From the NCBI GenBank assembly GCA_022605425.2, contig CM061249.1:930001-994000 (forward strand): a stretch of 64,000 bases of DNA. The letters run 5' to 3'. Made by a program: the position numbers and the translations under genes. Below the pieces are notes generated by a model that saw only the letters and a program-made list of their open reading frames with translations, was not told the DNA's origin and ran no database searches. This document shows positions 19,959 to 32,478 of the stretch, piece by piece. How positions within the stretch are numbered: the stretch's first letter is position 1; every line of letters begins with the position of its first letter. This stretch comes from Hamiltosporidium tvaerminnensis FI-OER-3-3 (taxonomy: Eukaryota > Fungi > Microsporidia).

Positions 19959-22900
19959 TTTTTTTATCCTCGGCGCCACAGCTATGCATGAGCCTTGTAT
20001 TCTCTCAGCAATGTCGACCACTAGTCTCTTTCAGCGCCACATTCCATCAGTCTTTCACTCCCGAAATCCGGGTAGTCTTTTCGATTTGATCAATCCAGCG
20101 AGTCTTAGGTCTCTCACCTTTCTTTTCCCGACAGTTATATGGTTCAAAACTTTGGAAGTTATGCGATGTTGCCCATTCTTAGCAGGTTTCCTACCCAGCG
20201 GAGTCTGTTAGGGCAGACCAAGTCTACTACTGGCATATTTTTTTATTCGGAGTAATGTTACATGTTGTGTCGTTTCTTCCACTTGCCATTTTCTTCTTTA
20301 GGTCCATAAATACGCCTCAGTAGTTTCCTTTCGAACAGCGCTAGTCTTTGCTCATCAGTCTTCTCCATAACCCAAGATTCTGATCCATGCATAAGAACAG
20401 GTCTCGGCAGCTTTTTGTAGAGCCTGACTTTTGTATTCCTAGTAATGATTTTGTACTTAATGTGCTCGAAGAGACTAAGTAGCACAGTTCGCTGCCCGAC
20501 CTCTTCTTTAAATTTCTTTAGAGCTACTGTTGTTCTCACTTTTTGGATCTTAAATAAACAAAATATTCTACTGTTTCAACGATATAGTTCCCGACTTGTA
20601 TTGTAGGAGTATTCGGTCCTTATAAATGTCATATATTTGATCTTGCAGATGTTAATAATCAGGTCCATTTTCTTGGCTGCAGATTCCAAGACTATGGACG
20701 TACTTTTCTGAGTAGCTTCTGACATTGCAATAAGGTCAATATCATCAGCTTATGCTAGGCTTTGATTTCACTTGTTAAATATGTGACCTCCAACCAGTAG
20801 GCCTGAATCAAGAACCATTTTCCCCAGAGCCAAATTAAATAGTAGACACGCCGGTGCGTAAACCTTCTTTGGACGCTTAAATGTTCTAACCAGTTCTGAT
20901 GGAATCTAATGTACTCTGATTCTGCAATTTGATCCAGATATTGTCATTTAAGTCAATCTAATCAATGTAGGTGGAATACTAAATTCTTTCATAACTTTTA
21001 AAGCATTTTTCTTTTGAATTTGTAATAGGCTTACTGAAATATATAAGAAGGTTTTAAGTACTTACTTTATATTCCAATGTTTTTTCTAGAATTTGTTTTA
21101 GGGTATAGGTCTGGTCAGATGTCGGTCTATCTTTCTGGAAGCACAATGGTATTTTTCGATGATGCTCTCGCAATAAAGTAGCAGTCGTGTGAAAATAATG
21201 CTAGACAGAACTTTGTAAGTTGTGGTCAGAAGATATATTCCTCTGTAATTCTCGCAATCAGTATGTCCCCATTTTTGTGTATTAAGAAGCCCGACTTGTA
21301 TCCTATTGTTTAGACATTTTCTCTTCTTCTTATATCTCAAGAGTAAATGCGTGCGCCCTTAATGTAATTTTGATTAGCGTTTTTAATCTGTTCACTAGGA
21401 ATTTCGTTCGTACCAGGCTTTATCATTTTTCATTTTTTTCCATTGCTTTATATACTTCTTCATAGGAAAGCACAATATCTTTATAGCTACCTGTATTCCC
21501 TGGTTTGTCAAACACTTTGTCTATGTCTGCTTGATCTTTGCATTCACCCAGTAGTTCTCTAATATGTTCTGACTTTCTATTTTTTACCCCTTGAGTGTCA
21601 CTTATTATTTCACCTGTTTCACTTCTACAGCTGTTTTCTCGCGGAATGAAAGCTCGTCTAGTATCATTCACCTTTTTAAACATTTTCTGCTCACGTGTCT
21701 AGTATTATATTTCCGAATCCGCTTTATTTGCGTCATCATGGACTGTCTCTTCTTAACTCGGTAAAAACTCTTTTCATTACTTCTCGCGGCTCAAAATCTT
21801 CCAGTATCTAGTCTAGACCGCTTTTTTGTATCATCAGGTTGTAGGCCTAATTCTTAGATATTGCTATGCTTGCACATTCTTCATTAAACCATCCATTTCT
21901 TTTGTCACTTAGCTTTAATCCGATGGATACCCGGGCTGCTGCTACTAGATTTTGTTAAAACCTATTCTATTTATCATCTATATCTTCTTTATACCGTTAT
22001 CTAACTATTTCGTTAGATTATGACTCAAATATTTTTTTCCTTTCATTTTCTTTTAACATACAGGTGCTTTTTCTGATAGACTTGGTTCTTTTTTGATTTC
22101 TGGTGTGTGATATTCCTGCTCTTAGTCGTGCAACGAACAGGGAACGACTAGTATCAGCGTTGGCACTGTTATGTACTCTAAAATCGAGTAGGCCAGAGCT
22201 TTGGCGCTTGTCAATGAGGATCTGATCTATTTGGTTGACTTTCCCACCATATGGCGCCGTCCAGGTACCCTTGTGTGTGTTTCTGTGATCAAAAACTGTT
22301 CCTCCAATAATTAAATTTCAGTCTATTGCAAAATTAATCAGTCAGAATACATTTTCAGAATGCTCCTTATGTAGACTATAATTTCCAATACTACCACAGG
22401 TAACTTCTTTACCTATTTTTGCGTTCATGTCTTTTAACAAAAATTAAATGTCATTTCTAGGACAATTGTCGAATAATTTCACCAAAGGTCATAAAAAGCT
22501 CTTTTTTCTCTTCATTGTATCTTCTATGTGAGCATGGGCATCGATGATACTATGGTTGAAAATTTTTGATCTTATTCTGATTCTACATAGCCTGGGTGCG
22601 TAAGCTTGATATTCGAGTAAAAGCAATTTATCTTGTTTTCAACTATGAATCCTGTCTCCGGTAGATGATCCTTTTTGTGGCAACTATATTAGAGTGAATA
22701 GTCCTCCCAATCTATAATTCTTTTTCCAGTCCATCTCATTTCTCGTGGGGCACAATGTCGATTTTACGTTCAGAGATCACATCAGAGAGACACTTATAGG
22801 CACTGAGTCTATATAGAGAACAAACGTTCTATGTTGCAAGTAGAATATCGTTTTTCGTTTAACCACACTAGATGTTTTTTGATTTTCCGTCTAGGTTTAA

Positions 22901-23055
22901 TTACGTTTTTGGGTTTTCCAACATTTTGGTTTTAAAGGGGGATCATTAGTCCTATGACTAACCCTCGGCCAGGAGAATCATTCCTTTTAGTCGTCTTATA
23001 CGACAAGCAGAGAATATTAAAAGCCAATTATGCTCCCGAAATGGAAAGGGATGAT
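19959..23055 (-). mobile_element. Degenerate full-length RTE-clade LINE (APE endonuclease + reverse transcriptase)
   Basis: The APE motif TWTAPYGGKVNQIDQILID lies at ~22210-22270. RT motifs are CENYRGIYLLTTTYKVLSSII and RPVLMHGSESW...FERKLLRRIYGP. There is an A-rich 3' tail and a possible 12-bp TSD GTTA(C/T)TATTTTA at 19947-19958 and 23056-23067. Confidence 0.88.
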
Positions 23056-24103
23056 GTTATTATTTTAAATTTGTGAATTCTTAATATTTAGGAAAGGTTC
23101 GATTCTTTTTTGTTTTTACTTGTTATTTTAATCGTTAATGATAACAATATTGCCCGTTCTAATATGTATAAACATAAAATTTAACCAAGCTTATTTTCAA
23201 ACGCCTTATTTTGATGGTAACTTGTATTTTTAGAAAACCGAGCCTGCTGCTAGCCTAAAATACGATTATTTATGTATATTTTGAAAAATATTTTTTTGCA
23301 AAAAAATCCTATTTAAATCGAATAAATATTTAGTTATAAGTGCATTTTTGTATTTTAAAGCCAGTTTTGATTTAATGATTACTTCTGTGAAAATAAAAAC
23401 ATCTATAGGCGGCATAAGGAGTTGCACCCTCTGCCTCAGACAGTTATTTATATTCAGATTACATATTTTCATTCCTTTTCTATTTTAATGATATACAAAA
23501 ACTTATTTTTCACTTATGTTTCTATAATTTACATTTGATCTATGTTATTATTGTCTACAAAGTACTTATATAAGTTTGTAAAAATAAAATAAAGAACGAA
23601 AATATAGTTTGGCCTTTGAATAAATTAAACACATTTTTAGTGTTAGAATCTGGTTACAGGTGGTTTACAGCATCTTTTTGTTATGAAATTTTCTAAAAAC
23701 AAATTACCAGACAACGAGCATTTAAAATTAGGATTAAAAAAATAATTTAAATAGATTTTTACATTAAATTGTTCGTTTTCTAAGTTTTCTTTACAAAGAA
23801 AATATTTTCATAAAATGAAAAAGAACTGAAAATTAATAATCTACAAAGTCTTTGTAATAACGTTGGATATATATGAATATGTTCAGAAGATTCAAATTTG
23901 CTGTAATTAATTCAGAGACTATTCCCTCTAAAAAGCATGGTAAATTATTGACTGTTAGTAGAATCACTATTTATTATTTCACTGGTTTATTTTTTTATGG
24001 TAGGTTTCGAATTTTCAAAAAAATCGAAAAGAAATCCCATTTTTTGTTTTTAATATATAGTAATTAAATTTAAAGAAGAATATTCATAAATTAATTAATT
24101 TAC

Positions 24104-24112
24104 ACCCCTATG
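24104..24112 (+). promoter_or_regulatory. Microsporidian-type CCC motif immediately upstream of the start codon (also seen at ATGs 8015, 10894, 16522 and 32666)
   Basis: The starts read ACCCCTATG, AACCCTATG, AACCCTTTAATG and CACCCATAAAAATG, each after an AT-rich stretch. Confidence 0.7.
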
Positions 24113-26434
24113 ATTGGAACTTCTATAAAAGAATTTTTAGACAATTTAATTTGCTATCAAAGAGGAATTAGCTTTCTAATTTTGGTTTCTTTTGGTGTAG
24201 ATCTAAAAGCAAAAGATAATCTAGTTATTCATTTTTATAATGAATTATTCTATAAAAGTCCTGAAACATATTTAATTGATAAGAAAGTAGTTTTTTCTAA
24301 GTTTGTCAAGAAAAAATTCAAATGCTATGCTCATATTCATTGTTTAGATTGCAAAAAATTTACAATCAAAAATCGAACAGATTGTCCATTTAATTTTAAG
24401 TACGAAGATTTAGCCGAGCCAAATACTATCATATTTGTAAATTCAAATATATTGACTTATGAAGATTTTATTCATTGTTATAGTATTCTTAAGAATACAT
24501 CTGGATTAAAAAATGATTTAAATGTGAATGATTTTCTGTTAGTTATACGTATACTTGATATTTTTAAATTTAAAAAAGACAAATGTTTTAAACAGATCAT
24601 TCGGGTGCTTTTAATGTCTTTGTTTTTTAAAAATGAAGGCATACATAAGAAATACAACATAAATATGAAAACAGTTTTATCTCCGTCTCTATTTAAGCAT
24701 ATATTTTATGAATTCGGAAGAATATATTTTTTTAGAAAAGATTTCTTTAAATATAGCCTTCTTTATGGATGCCAATCTGATGCTAAAATCATGAAAGAAT
24801 TATACCAAAATTTTGATACAAATTATATTGGTATTCAAAAATTTATTTCTGTTAATTCGAGCTTTATTGCGAAAATAAATAATTTGATGAAATTTGATAC
24901 GGCGCTGGAAAAAAAATTTGAGATTGTTTTTGGACAATTTAAAATCCAAGCGATGCATATATATTTTGATAGGGTTCTAAATAATCTTTCCACACATTTA
25001 CAATACTTGTTTTTTTCACATATCGAAGAACTTTGTATTTCTGATTGGCACAATACATTGGATTTCTTTGAACAAATAGATACAAATTATGTTTTTCAAT
25101 ATGTTAAATGCCTAATTTTCATTAGATGTGAGTTTTCTTCGTTTCCTAGAAATATATTCAAAAATATGATATCTTTAAAACACATATATTTTATTCTCTC
25201 CAGGATATTATCGATAGATTACTTTAACGAAAAATATAAACGTATGCAAATATTCCACTCTTTTATATATGATGAGCTTATAAGTAAAGAAAACATAAAC
25301 AATTTTAGAGAAATTACCAATAATCAGCCGATAAGAATTAAAAATATTAGCAAAAAAGATTTGAATAGTTCAAATAAAGATATGATTACAGTCTTTGCAT
25401 TTAAAGATGAAAAATATCGAGTGTATACTTTAAATAAGCTGGGATTTGAATTTGAAAATTTTATGTTTGATGTTTTCATTTCAAATATACAAACAATCAA
25501 AAAAATAAATCTCACCATTAGAGAAATCTGTATGAAAGGATTAATTTTTAAAAATTCATTTATAAACCAAAACATTAATTCAATAAAAATCTTTAGTTCG
25601 AGGCTAGAAGATGATATTCTACATAATATTTTAACAATTCCGAGTTTGAAAAAACTAGAAATTTTATATTGTACAATTGTATTTAACAAAGAAATTAAGT
25701 TTAAAAAAAATATGTTGTTAAAATATCTATTTTTAGAATATTGTAATTTTGAAAATCCTAACAGATTTGTTAATTTAATAAATAGTATGCCGAAATTACA
25801 ACAAATGAATTTACGTTATAATACAAATCTCAATGTATTTGAACAAAATTACAAGGATAAAATAAGTGAGTTCGAATTTTTAACGAAATTGGTATTTTGT
25901 AAAATCAATGATTTTGAAGGAGAAATCCCAAAATTTCCAGATTTTAAATTTATTTCGAATCTTGACATAGGTTTTAGATATAAAGAAGGCTCTATTTTCA
26001 AACTTTTCTTTAATAAAAGCTTAAACACCATTCAATATTTATCAATCCATAGTTTTAAAATTGGTAAAAAAGATGAGCATGCGATTTCAAAATCTAAAAA
26101 CATGAAACATCTGTATTTTTATGATTGTGAATTTATAAATATCACATTTTCCGATCTTTTTGATACCACTGAAACATATATGATTGAAAGATTGATTCTT
26201 GAAAAAATATCTCTTTGCAAACCTGATGTATTATTTTTAAACAGTCTCATTCATTTAAAAATCCTTCAACTTGAAATCGAAAAATTTATTATCGATCCGT
26301 CACAGTTGCTTTACTTCTATGATCCGGGAAAATCTGAAATAATGTTAACATTATGCGCGAAAAAAGAGCATTGGTGCGAAATGTGTATGTTTGTAGAAAT
26401 ATATGGCAGTAATAACCTGATTTATTGTATATAG
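24110..26434 (+). CDS. 774-aa LRR-like protein with hydrophobic N-terminus, paralog of 8585..10894
   Basis: Intact ORF with blocks shared with the paralog (HFY, HxxCxxC, ILDIFKFxKDK, SPSL..IFYEFG, LDIG..YxEGS). CCCCT precedes the ATG. Confidence 0.88.
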   Translation: MIGTSIKEFLDNLICYQRGISFLILVSFGVDLKAKDNLVIHFYNELFYKSPETYLIDKKVVFSKFVKKKFKCYAHIHCLDCKKFTIKNRTDCPFNFKYEDLAEPNTIIFVNSNILTYEDFIHCYSILKNTSGLKNDLNVNDFLLVIRILDIFKFKKDKCFKQIIRVLLMSLFFKNEGIHKKYNINMKTVLSPSLFKHIFYEFGRIYFFRKDFFKYSLLYGCQSDAKIMKELYQNFDTNYIGIQKFISVNSSFIAKINNLMKFDTALEKKFEIVFGQFKIQAMHIYFDRVLNNLSTHLQYLFFSHIEELCISDWHNTLDFFEQIDTNYVFQYVKCLIFIRCEFSSFPRNIFKNMISLKHIYFILSRILSIDYFNEKYKRMQIFHSFIYDELISKENINNFREITNNQPIRIKNISKKDLNSSNKDMITVFAFKDEKYRVYTLNKLGFEFENFMFDVFISNIQTIKKINLTIREICMKGLIFKNSFINQNINSIKIFSSRLEDDILHNILTIPSLKKLEILYCTIVFNKEIKFKKNMLLKYLFLEYCNFENPNRFVNLINSMPKLQQMNLRYNTNLNVFEQNYKDKISEFEFLTKLVFCKINDFEGEIPKFPDFKFISNLDIGFRYKEGSIFKLFFNKSLNTIQYLSIHSFKIGKKDEHAISKSKNMKHLYFYDCEFINITFSDLFDTTETYMIERLILEKISLCKPDVLFLNSLIHLKILQLEIEKFIIDPSQLLYFYDPGKSEIMLTLCAKKEHWCEMCMFVEIYGSNNLIYCI

Positions 26435-26529
26435 GAGATTAAAATGGCTTGATATCTTATTAAATGGATTTTTTAGATTTGGGTTATTTCATTCTGATAT
26501 TAAATATATTCATTGGGAAGAAATAGAGG

Positions 26530-27400
26530 TGAAAGGTGGATAACTACCCTAAATAATATCTGTTTAGCAGAGATAAGTTTATTTTGTCTAGAAAATGTTT
26601 GCATTTTTAGTTAGTGATAATTAAATTGGTTTTTCGGTTCTTCTATGGAAATTGTAAAGGAAAGAAGATCTTTAAAATTCTAACAATTTTTTTACAAACT
26701 TAGTTTAGTATTTTTTTTAATGTAACTAGATCAAATCTACGCCTAAACTTTTAGGTAATCACACTGAAGAACTAGCCGCGCCTACTTTGTTTATAAGACT
26801 TAGCGTCTGAGAGATATAAAAAAAGGGCGCTCTGTGATATTATTTATACCACAAAAATATAATATTTTTATTTTATATTCTAAAATAAAAAAGAAGTGTC
26901 TGCCACGATGAAAAAAACCAACGAAGACGATTATTTTACTTATAAAAACAATTCTTTACACAATAACAAAAGAACCGTGAGCAGGAAGACGATCTCCTTG
27001 TTAGAGACGTACTTCAAACCTAGCTGCCTTCCCGAAAATCACGGCAGACCCTTTAAAAAACCAGGTATGTATAATAGCAGATTATGCATGTTGGTATGAT
27101 CTTGCAACGTCTAGTAAGGCTCTATGTAACTTGCTGGGGTATGTCTTGCTTGAAAGCAGATTTTAATTGAAAATCGTAGAGTAAGTGGAATTTTCGCTAG
27201 TCTTAAAGCTGCAAGTCTTGGCTTAGACTCAAGATCTGCCCGGGTATCGGCATTAACGAACACTATGTAACACTATCATCTATTATAGGAATTATACGGA
27301 GTTTTGGATTAAAAAGCTATATGCCGTAGTAAGCAGTGAATACCGATAGATTGGTTGTTGTTTATCTTAGTTGGACCCGAACTGTGTTACTTTCGCAAAA
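26530..27400 (+). repeat. Diverged third copy of the ~690-bp element with an internal ~270-bp insertion
   Basis: Retains GGATAAC, ATGTAACTAGAT, CTTTTAGG, GACTTAGCG.CTG.GAGATATAAAAA, GTAGAGTAAGTGG, TACCGATAGA and GAACTG in the same order. Confidence 0.55.
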
Positions 27401-27745
27401 AACATCTAAAATATGTCTTTTTTAAAAAAATATATCGTATAAACAATAAATATAATCAGAAAAAATATAGTCTCATAAATATAAGAGGCTCTGAAAATTA
27501 CATTAAAATTTCTCTAAAAATTATTTATATTTGAATATTCCGAGATTATAATATCACAAAAAACAATGTATTAAATGAGGAAAGCATCCATTTTTAATTA
27601 AGATATTTTAGAATCGTTAAATCAGAAATAGTAATTATTGTGTCATTAAATGCTTTGAATATTAAATAGTTAAGTGTATAAATGTTTAATCTTTGGTTCC
27701 CGATGATTTAAATCCTATATACATGGTAAATAGTTTTATCTATAT

Positions 27746-27978
27746 TCATTCATTCATCCTTGGTCCTACAGCTCTGTGCGAGCCTTGGTCTCCCTTAGTA
27801 ATACTGCCCACCGGGCTTTTTCCAGTGGATTTGTTTACTTATCAGGTTTTGTACAAGGTAGTTTTAAAGGGTGGGTTGTTAGCCCTACGCCCAACATGGA
27901 GGATCAGCCTATTTTAGTCACCTCTTACGACAAGCAGAGAATACTCCAAGCCAATTCTGCTCCCGGCATGGTGAGGAG
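27746..27978 (-). mobile_element. Bipartite RTE-derived SINE-like element with a 14-bp target-site duplication
   Basis: The head matches the LINE 5' end (22930-23050) and the tail matches the LINE 3' end (19965-20010). It has a (TGAA)n tail. AGTTTTATCTATAT occurs at 27732-27745 and 27979-27992. Confidence 0.88.
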
Positions 27979-28299
27979 AGTTTTATCTATATATTTGTAT
28001 TAATTGACTTCGGTTTTATAGAGTTACATGTATCTTTAAAACATAACTTTACTTAATTTTACAATTTAAAAAACATGAAAAATATTTAGAAAAAACTTCG
28101 TAGATCTTTTTACAATTATTGATCAGTTGGTATGTAAAAACTTGACTAAGTCAATTAAAAAAAATATTTTTAAAACGTGTTTTTAAATTAAACCAAGAAA
28201 TTTCCTTTCAAGCTTAGAAAACACTCAGATTTTATGGAGCTTAAGTTAGGAATTTCAAAAATATCAAAGTGGCTATTGTATTGATTGCTTTAAAATAAA

Positions 28300-31200
28300 T
28301 ATTTAATTTTGTAATATACTTGGTATTCATATACATCAGTCTATTGAATTGATCTTGTTAACCCGGAGCACACCAGAAGATGTTACTTTAAAAGTTATTA
28401 TATAATTGCAGCACTAGATTGGTTACAAATGTATTTATAAAAAAAATGAAAATTTGATAAGATACATACAAGCATACCTTTAATAACTATCAATTTATTT
28501 ATCCTTCTCTGCATTTGTACCGTTTTTATTTTCAATATAGTAATCAATTACTTGAATATTTCGTTTTTGCACAATAATTAGCTCGCCATCATACCAAACC
28601 GAATTATTTTTAATATTGTTAAAATTTTTTTTAGGATTCCTTCATGCAAAACAAAATCAAGTTTGGCTTCTAGGTCTCCTATTCACAATTTTCCTTAATT
28701 TATCCCCTTCCATCTTACCGATGCAAGTGCTTAAAACATTAGGAATTGAATAATTTTAGTTTCAATATGTTTGTATTGTATCTTTTGTTATACAAACATA
28801 AACACATTAATATAAATTGCAATATCAGTACGCCGAGGTGAAACATCACTCTTGTCGCCGTAGAGGAGACAATAAATCATAAGTCATGTTTTTAATCTCG
28901 CAATATTTGCCGCAACTGAGTGCAAAAAATTAATATGTAAAGATTTTTAGATCATTTCTTGGGAACATCATCAACTTACTGTTTTATAAAGGAATAATGG
29001 ATATTTTCGATTTACTTCTAACGACTAAGATTCAATACTTAAACAGAATTCGCAAGCGTTCAAAGCATATAAGAACTGATTATACTATTCATTACCAGGA
29101 AAATTCAAGAATTATTTTTTGTCTTCTTCTAATTCTATTTCTGTCTAGTGATATGCTTCCTTATGGTTGACACAATTTTTTTTATCATTGTTTAAGCATT
29201 GCACACTTGTCGTTTTATCCAACCCAAGGTTCATAAATTCTAGGATTTTGCTCGAAACATTTTCTTATTGGTGTATATGTAAAATTTTCGTTCGATATAT
29301 CCTCAATTTAAATCTATAAATCGATGGTTTTCCTAGCTCAAATCTATATTTAATCAGTTATATATAATTCTCAGATAAACAAAAATTGCTATTGTCTTAG
29401 GTACTATAGAGTAAATTTAAGCATTCGGTAATGGTATTGAAGCTATTTATGCCAAATTTATGATATTTAGTTAAATAATACATATTTCAGATACATTATG
29501 ATATATTTTAGGCTGCACTTATATAAAAGAACATATTCATATATCATGGTCATTATAATTTATCATTTTTGGTTCTAGGTGGAGAGAAAATAACAACATT
29601 AAAAACTATCTGGTTGGAATGAGTACCTAGAATTGGTGTGGAATTAATTGTACCATTTTTGTGGGATATAAACCACACTGGATCTATAGACCAATCATCT
29701 ATAATTCCAGGTTATAAAAGATTAAAAGAAACAAATAGGAAAATTCTATTTGGTCATCCTCAACACTGAATGGAAGAAAAGGAATGGAATGAGCAAGTAG
29801 TATTTTAGGTTATAAGATTCGAGGCAAACATTTGAATTTATTATAATATCAATATGCTTGCTCTATTTCAATTTCATATATAATAAAAATATATCCAATC
29901 TATTATGTTGAAATTGAAATTGGGGTTTATCTTAGTTTATATTCATATTGGTTTGCTTTTTTTAAGAAGAATTTAGTGTTTTGGTTTAATTTACTGTGAA
30001 ACCTTAAAACTAAATATTGCAAGAAATCAAGTCTTATATTTCCATCATTAAGATGTAAATAATTCTAGAATGTTTGAATATATTCTACACTCTAATTGTA
30101 AAATGTTTTACACTAATTGGCGCTACAACTCTTAAAGTAACTCAGGCTTCATTAAAGATTTTTTTAATTTATATTATTTTGTTTCGCTATCGTAATTATA
30201 TGGTTTTTTGAGATATGTGTGTTAGCCTTATACTCAACCCTCTTCCTTTATTCGAGCTTGGAACCGGCAGAGCAGAACTCATCATATCTCTGGCGATGCT
30301 TTGAAAGTAATTTGTCTAATTATAATATTTTTGTATCCTCGTCACATGCTTTCTAGAGAAAGGGATGCATTTCAATCTAAAAATTATATATAGGCTTTTA
30401 AAATTTGCCTTATATTCTTTCTAGTCTAGCTAAAAGAGTCTATATTGTTCAAAGTAGTTTATTTATAACAGAATTTAAAATTTCTGGTAATATACCCTTA
30501 TAACCCTTTTATATTTGCAATTTAATTCTTCGCTAAATTTTTAGTTGAGATCAGATTTGAACCTATAGTTACTTTGTTCTATCTTTTTAGAGTACAAAAT
30601 TATCGAATTTTACAAAAAAACTCTGCGTTGTAATAATCAGAAAAAGTGTGACCGTTAAAGTTTAAGAAGATGTTGACCATGTCGAAGAATTCCCGATGGC
30701 GACAAAATCTCGAATACTTTGTACCAATCACATCAAAAATATCTGAATTTTATATTTTTATATGCAAATAACAGAGAATTCCAATGAGAATACAAAAATA
30801 CATAAATGTTTAGCCTCAGAACTATGTATTTGCTTAACAAGCAAAAATATTAAATTGAGGGAAGCTTATAAAAATCAAAAAATCGTCTAAACACAATAGA
30901 TCTACTGAATCCATTCTAATAGCTTCCCGTGAATCCTCATTCTCTATACAATTCGCCGCAAGACCAAAAGAACGGATCAAAAGTATCTTTAGAGTCTGAA
31001 ATTTAGGATAGAAAAACCGATATTATAAAATTTCTATTGAATACAAAAATAAATCGAGTTGGCTTGGTTTAGTAACATCTAGCAAAAAATAGTACAAGAA
31101 ACTAAATTCAGATTATGACAAACCAGAAATCGGCAATATAATGCACACATATCCCCAAAATATGCTCTATTTATGTTGGAAAATCTCTCAACAGTCGATC

Positions 31201-31900
31201 AAAAAACATTCTGTTCTTGAAAGAAACGAAACGGAAGAAGTATTTAAGATTGAAATAAATTTAAAATCTCTAAATTATTTGTCTTAACTTCGTACACATA
31301 ATAAAGATAGAATGAAAATATTCAAAAAGACCCGTATTGCAACGAATATGTGTAATTCGTGATAAATAATATTCTGTTTTTTGAAGTATATAAACCACAT
31401 AGTACTTATAGGTCTATTCTCTGTAATTCTGAATCACAAAAGACTGAAAGAAACAAATAAACAACTGTCTCAAAAATCAAAGACTAAGAGTGTAAACCAG
31501 ACCATGATCTATTACACATAAAAGCAGGAGATTGAAGGGAAAAATGTAATAACATGTTAATATTGAAATAGTTGACTCATTAGAATCAATTTTCCGGCAA
31601 AAAGAAATAGACCCGGAAATGCTAGGTAATTGACCAGCACAGAATACATTGGTGTTTCATCTGTTCATCTTCAACGACGAGAAGTACAAAATGATAGGAA
31701 TATCTAAACAATCAAAAATGAATCCGAAACTCTAAGAAAAATTTTAGAAAAGTATAATAGCGAATAAAAATAAAATTGATACTTTAAAATTTAGTTCAAT
31801 GTATATAAAGCTTGATAAAAAGAGCCAAAAAGTTGAGATATACCTTAAATATACAAAAAATGAATTATATAAGGGACAATACTGCCCAAAAAAATTGTTA
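28300..31900. mobile_element. Probable highly decayed LTR-retrotransposon debris (orientation mixed or uncertain)
   Basis: Only scattered short pol-like words are seen (RWKG, ILGYKI, WLGLV, DYDKP). No ORF is present. Confidence 0.25.
30115..30300 (-). ncRNA. Short RTE-type element with a degenerate twister-ribozyme-like head
   Basis: The minus strand reads GCCGGTTCCAAGCTCGAATAAAGGAAGAGGGTTGAG (30233-30268), compared with the RTE-associated twister consensus GCCGGTCCCAAGCCCGGATAAAGGAGGAGGGTTG. An RTE-like tail GGCGCTACAAC lies near 30119. Confidence 0.7.
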
Positions 31901-32478
31901 GAGTTATATTTTTTTTATTTAAAAAGATTACTAGGGTAAAATGATATGAATAACGGAATTCGGAAAATTTTCATCGGATTTAATACAATAAGGTAAATAA
32001 AGCAAGCAGATAGTAGTTTCGTTAGCCACACACCCCAAGAAAAAAAGAAAATAATACAAACCAAAGATACAAAATATTTAATACTTAAATATGCTGATCC
32101 TAATGCTACTGATATATAGTAAAAAATTAAATTTAACCCTAATTGAAATCTAAGTACATTGATAGATAAATGAAGTAAATAAATTATGAAAAAATGAAAT
32201 ATGCCCATAAATCTATCTTCGAGCATCTGTTTAAATAAGAAATATTCATATCCTTAATCAATTATTTCGCAATAAAATAGCTGTGCTTTATAATTAAGTA
32301 AAATGTGGCAATATAATTATTTTAGTGTTCTAAAAATTAGAATAAATATACAATAAAATGGTTTAATTCAAATTAAATGCCATTTTTGCTGAAAAAAAAC
32401 CCAAAAAGATATTTTCCAAGATTTAAATTTTATGAATGATAAACTTTCTTTAAATTATAAAATTATTTCTAAATTATA

